The position numbers were made by a program, and so were the translations under genes. Below, piece after piece: positions 20,238-23,678 of a DNA stretch of 23,678 nucleotides. The notes beneath the pieces were generated by a model. That model saw nothing but the letters and a program-made list of their open reading frames with translations, ran no database searches and was not told the DNA's origin. The stretch is from Octopus sinensis (lineage: Eukaryota). Position 1 is the stretch's first letter, and the number at the start of each line of letters is the position of its first letter. The DNA lies in the NCBI RefSeq assembly GCF_006345805.1, contig NW_021836576.1, forward strand, positions 1 to 23,678. The letters run 5' to 3'.

Positions 20238-20304
20238 CTATGTATGGTATATGTATATATATATATATTATATATATATATATATACATTTGCATATATA
20301 TATG

Positions 20305-20348
<44 letters not shown>

Positions 20349-20410
20349 TCATATGTATCGATCCCTATATCTTTATATATCTTATCCATATATTGATATA
20401 TTTATATATG
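18995..20410. repeat. Microsatellite field: (TACA)n, (TA)n, (CA)n, (TCTA)n, (TG)n with short unique spacers
   Basis: Directly visible; source of many I/Y/T/H artefact ORFs. Confidence 0.9.
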
Positions 20411-20654
20411 TGTTTACTGTATCCACGTATGTACGGTTTGTATACATATATAAACGTGTGTAGATAGGCATGAACCGGCATTGTTGGAGGCATTGTCAAA
20501 TTCTCAGTAAAATAGATAGACAAGCGAAACATTAAAGAACAAACGATCATTGTGTTGCGTATCTTTGATCTTTATATCTCCGCATGAATAAATATTAAAA
20601 CAGATGTGTTTAAATTTACTGATAGAACTAAGATAAACTTTTTTATATATTTTA

Positions 20655-20737
20655 TGGCTATTTTTACGACTATTATTATCATCATTATTATTATTATTAT
20701 TATTGTTACCATTCTCATTATTATTGCTGTTGTTAAT

Positions 20738-20780
<43 letters not shown>

Positions 20781-20935
20781 ATTATTATTATTTTTATTAT
20801 ATTATTTTATTTTATTATATTATTTATTGTTATTATTATTATTATTACGATCATTATTACTATTATTATTATGGTTATCATTATTATTTTATTGTTGTTT
20901 TTACGATTATTATTGTTTTTTTTCTTCCATTAGTT
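20655..20935. repeat. Imperfect (TTA)n tract
   Basis: Directly visible. Confidence 0.95.
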
Positions 20936-20974
20936 TTTATTTACTTTATAACTATCTGTCTAGCTGCTGCTATG

Positions 20975-21000
20975 GATATATATATATATGTATATATATA

Positions 21001-21055
<55 letters not shown>

Positions 21056-21241
21056 TGTGACATTGTGATATTTTACATTCTCGCACGCATGCACACACAT
21101 GCATACACATACAACACACATGTATAATAGTATATATACGTTCACATACTTTTATATATGTTTACTTGAATTCATATTCATTAATATATATACACACATA
21201 TATATATATGTGTGTCTATGTACATGTCTACATATATACAT

Positions 21242-21295
<54 letters not shown>

Positions 21296-21500
21296 GTGTA
21301 TGTATATACATATACATATACACATACATACGTGCATAAACGTATATATGCATACACACATACACATATATATATATATATATATAAGCGCACATCTGTA
21401 TCTAAGTATGAGTACCTACTTATATATAATATATGTAGTAACGTACGCGTGCACGCACATAGGAGCGCGCACATACACCTATATATATATATTCTATTTA
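20975..21500. repeat. (TA)n/(TG)n/(CA)n/(TACA)n microsatellite field
   Basis: Directly visible. Confidence 0.9.
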
Positions 21501-22409
21501 ACTTCATGTATTTTAGGAACAGTGTACGAAAAATGATATATATAAAAGTGAATTAAAACTAAAATGAAATTCTAAAAGATAAAAAGGAAATGAAGAACTT
21601 TTAACATATCTTTACTGCAATCAGCAATACTCTTTATTTCATTAGAAAAGTTTATTCAGAGAACGAGGTTCAGCACCCAAGAACCTTACACATTCTATTT
21701 GTGTGATAAAATGTTAGTGTTGAATGATCAAACATAAAATATATTGGTCAATGTGAACGGGAAATATAGAGGAGCATAGCTGACGTTGAAAGCGTGAGCC
21801 TGGTTCGAGCGACGATTTCAGATTTCGCTTTCCCACTCGAAAGCGGTGGCCTTATTTTACTTAATATTCTCTCCCATGGGAACAAAATGTCCACATAAAA
21901 TAGACGTAAAACAACAAAAAATTCTAAACACAGGAAAAATAGAAAAAACTGTTCAATAAAGGCAGAAGAAATGAAAATAATAGTTCGTATCAAAATAGTT
22001 CATAAAAGAAAGAGAAAGGAAAAAACAACAGTTCACAAAGAGTAAATAAAAATATATAGTTCCAGGCTGAAAAAAAATTTCAGGTCACAATGGTACTCCG
22101 GCCCTATTCGATCCCGGCTTCGTTGCAGCTCTCAATTTGATGGTAAAATTCAATTCTTGCTTGTAACTAAGCAAAAAAAAAAAAAAAATTAATCTCTTCT
22201 TCAAATCCATAATTTTCAAAATCTCTTAGTTGGTTTGAAAAGAACAATAATCTTTCTTCAAATTTTTTCTCCATTGTAGAGAAACAACAATTCACTTCAA
22301 AACGTTCCGGCTTGGTGCTCCGGCTGTTCAAAGAAGCCCACCGTCAACAAGCCACACACACTTTTGCTTACTAAACAAGCAACAAATTCACCGCCAAGCA
22401 TAAGCGAAA

Positions 22410-22482
22410 ATGCTCCAGAGCTGGGCAGAATATACTGTAACAAAAATAAAACTCACAAAAATTCTACCCAGCTCAGAAAGAA
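22410..22482 (-). other. Inverted repeat able to form an RNA hairpin (candidate pre-miRNA-like or splice-regulatory structure)
   Basis: 14-bp arms at 22418-22431 and 22461-22474. They pair fully, with one G-U, only on the minus strand. Confidence 0.35.
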
Positions 22483-22679
22483 TCAAAACTGCTTACATTA
22501 ACGGCGACCTGTGTATAATTATATAGAATCAAACGCTAATCTTCTCTATGAGCTACCCCTATATTTATTCAAGCTGAAAGGTGGCCGGCGTGTTCCAATG
22601 TTGGGTACCATCAAAACAATGTTATTTCAAGTGTTGCTGCTTGGAGTCAAAGATGTTGTCCAAATGAAACCTTTAAAAG

Positions 22680-22820
22680 TTACACCAAATCCCAGCCCTG
22701 GATCCTTTTTTATCGACCCAAGAAATTTTGGAAGGTAAATTTGATCCAAACAGGATTTGAACTCAGCAAAAAGCCGTAAGAAATATATACAACATTCGTT
22801 CTACGACTGTTACGACGTGG
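22680..22820 (-). mobile_element. SINE type B, old remnant
   Basis: CTGGATCCTTTTTATCGACCCAAG...GGAAGGTAAATTTGA...GGATTTGAACTCAG...GAAATA matches the type B landmarks. Confidence 0.65.
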
Positions 22821-23678
22821 TCTAATCGTTTCTTTTGTTTAGAATTAAATGCGTCTGCATGTTTATTGCACGATGTAAAGACCCCGGAATTGTCTTTCCC
22901 TTTATATTAAAGGGTAGAACATCCTACGTTCTTGTTACTAAGTCTCCCGGATTGTCTGACGCTGCTAAATACATTCTTATCTTTGATACATGCACTTGAT
23001 TCTCCTTCTTATCATTTTGTCCTCTACTAATACGAATAAATTTATAACAAGCCAGTCTATGTTTCCTTAGGTTGCTTTCACGAGGTTTTCTCCTGTTATG
23101 CTTGCAGCGGATTGTATTTGTCTATGAAGATACACAGTACAAACATCAGAGCACTGAATGGGAGTCACATGAGAAATGTATATTGACGCATGTTGACGCT
23201 TTGCTCTTTGACATCACCTGTAACATTTCTTTCTCTCACCACTGATTTCCGCTCCAAACACGAGCCCCTGTTGTTCATTTCACAATTCCCTATTACATCT
23301 TACTGTCCCGTTTGATTTGCAAGTCACGACCATATATACAGACCTCAGAAACATGTTCTATTTAATCAAAATTCTTATTTGATTGTATAATTTACCCATT
23401 CTCTTTGTTCTGCCTTTTTAATAATTAGTTAATTTGATACAACCTACAAACACACCCAAATCACTTTAGCTCGGTTTTTCTTACGAGTATCCCTTGTTCT
23501 ATCACGCTTATATTACACATCTTCCCCCATCCTACATTTCACACACCCCTCAGATCATCGCTCTCTTAGTTACCCTCTAACGCCTCCTTCAACGCCTCAA
23601 CAGTTACACTTTTATTCTAGTTTCCATTTCCTATATTATTACAGCGATCATGGCACTTCTACACATTCCATCTCCCTA

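Noticed and set aside
7511-21556. Dozens of ORFs rich in I/Y, C/V, T/H, N or L/I
   Set aside because: They are translations of (TA)n, (TG)n, (CA)n and (TAA)n tracts that lack stops in some frames; they are not genes.
21748-21993. 81-aa minus-strand ORF
   Set aside because: The N-terminal half is a T-rich low-complexity read-through and the rest has no recognisable homology.

Overview
AT-rich, microsatellite-saturated animal non-coding DNA (large intron or intergenic region). The SINE and LINE sequences match repeat families I recall from Octopus genomes, so an octopod cephalopod source is inferred, not verified. I find no intact protein-coding gene, tRNA, rRNA or CRISPR array. Most ORFs in the track are (TA)n/(TG)n/(TAA)n artefacts or antisense reads of repeats. 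Supported content: about 14 copies or fragments of three tRNA-derived SINE types; decayed LINE pieces (R4/Dong-like x3, another RLE-type, HERO-like, RTE, CR1/L2-like); three Penelope-like terminal-repeat remnants carrying a minimal hammerhead-like motif with a non-canonical core; a 253-bp inverted-repeat element with TA flanks; two copies of a ~555-bp unclassified element embedded in a (TAA)n tract; and two minisatellites. Best leads: the variant hammerhead motif (1641-2298), the (TAA)n-embedded element pair (10995-12838), a minus-strand pre-miRNA-like hairpin (22410-22482) and a degenerate motif-plus-spacer repeat (4836-5260). I see no convincing evidence of a wholly new system. Element boundaries are by eye and approximate (about +/-10-20 bp), and family names come from remembered consensus motifs rather than database searches.
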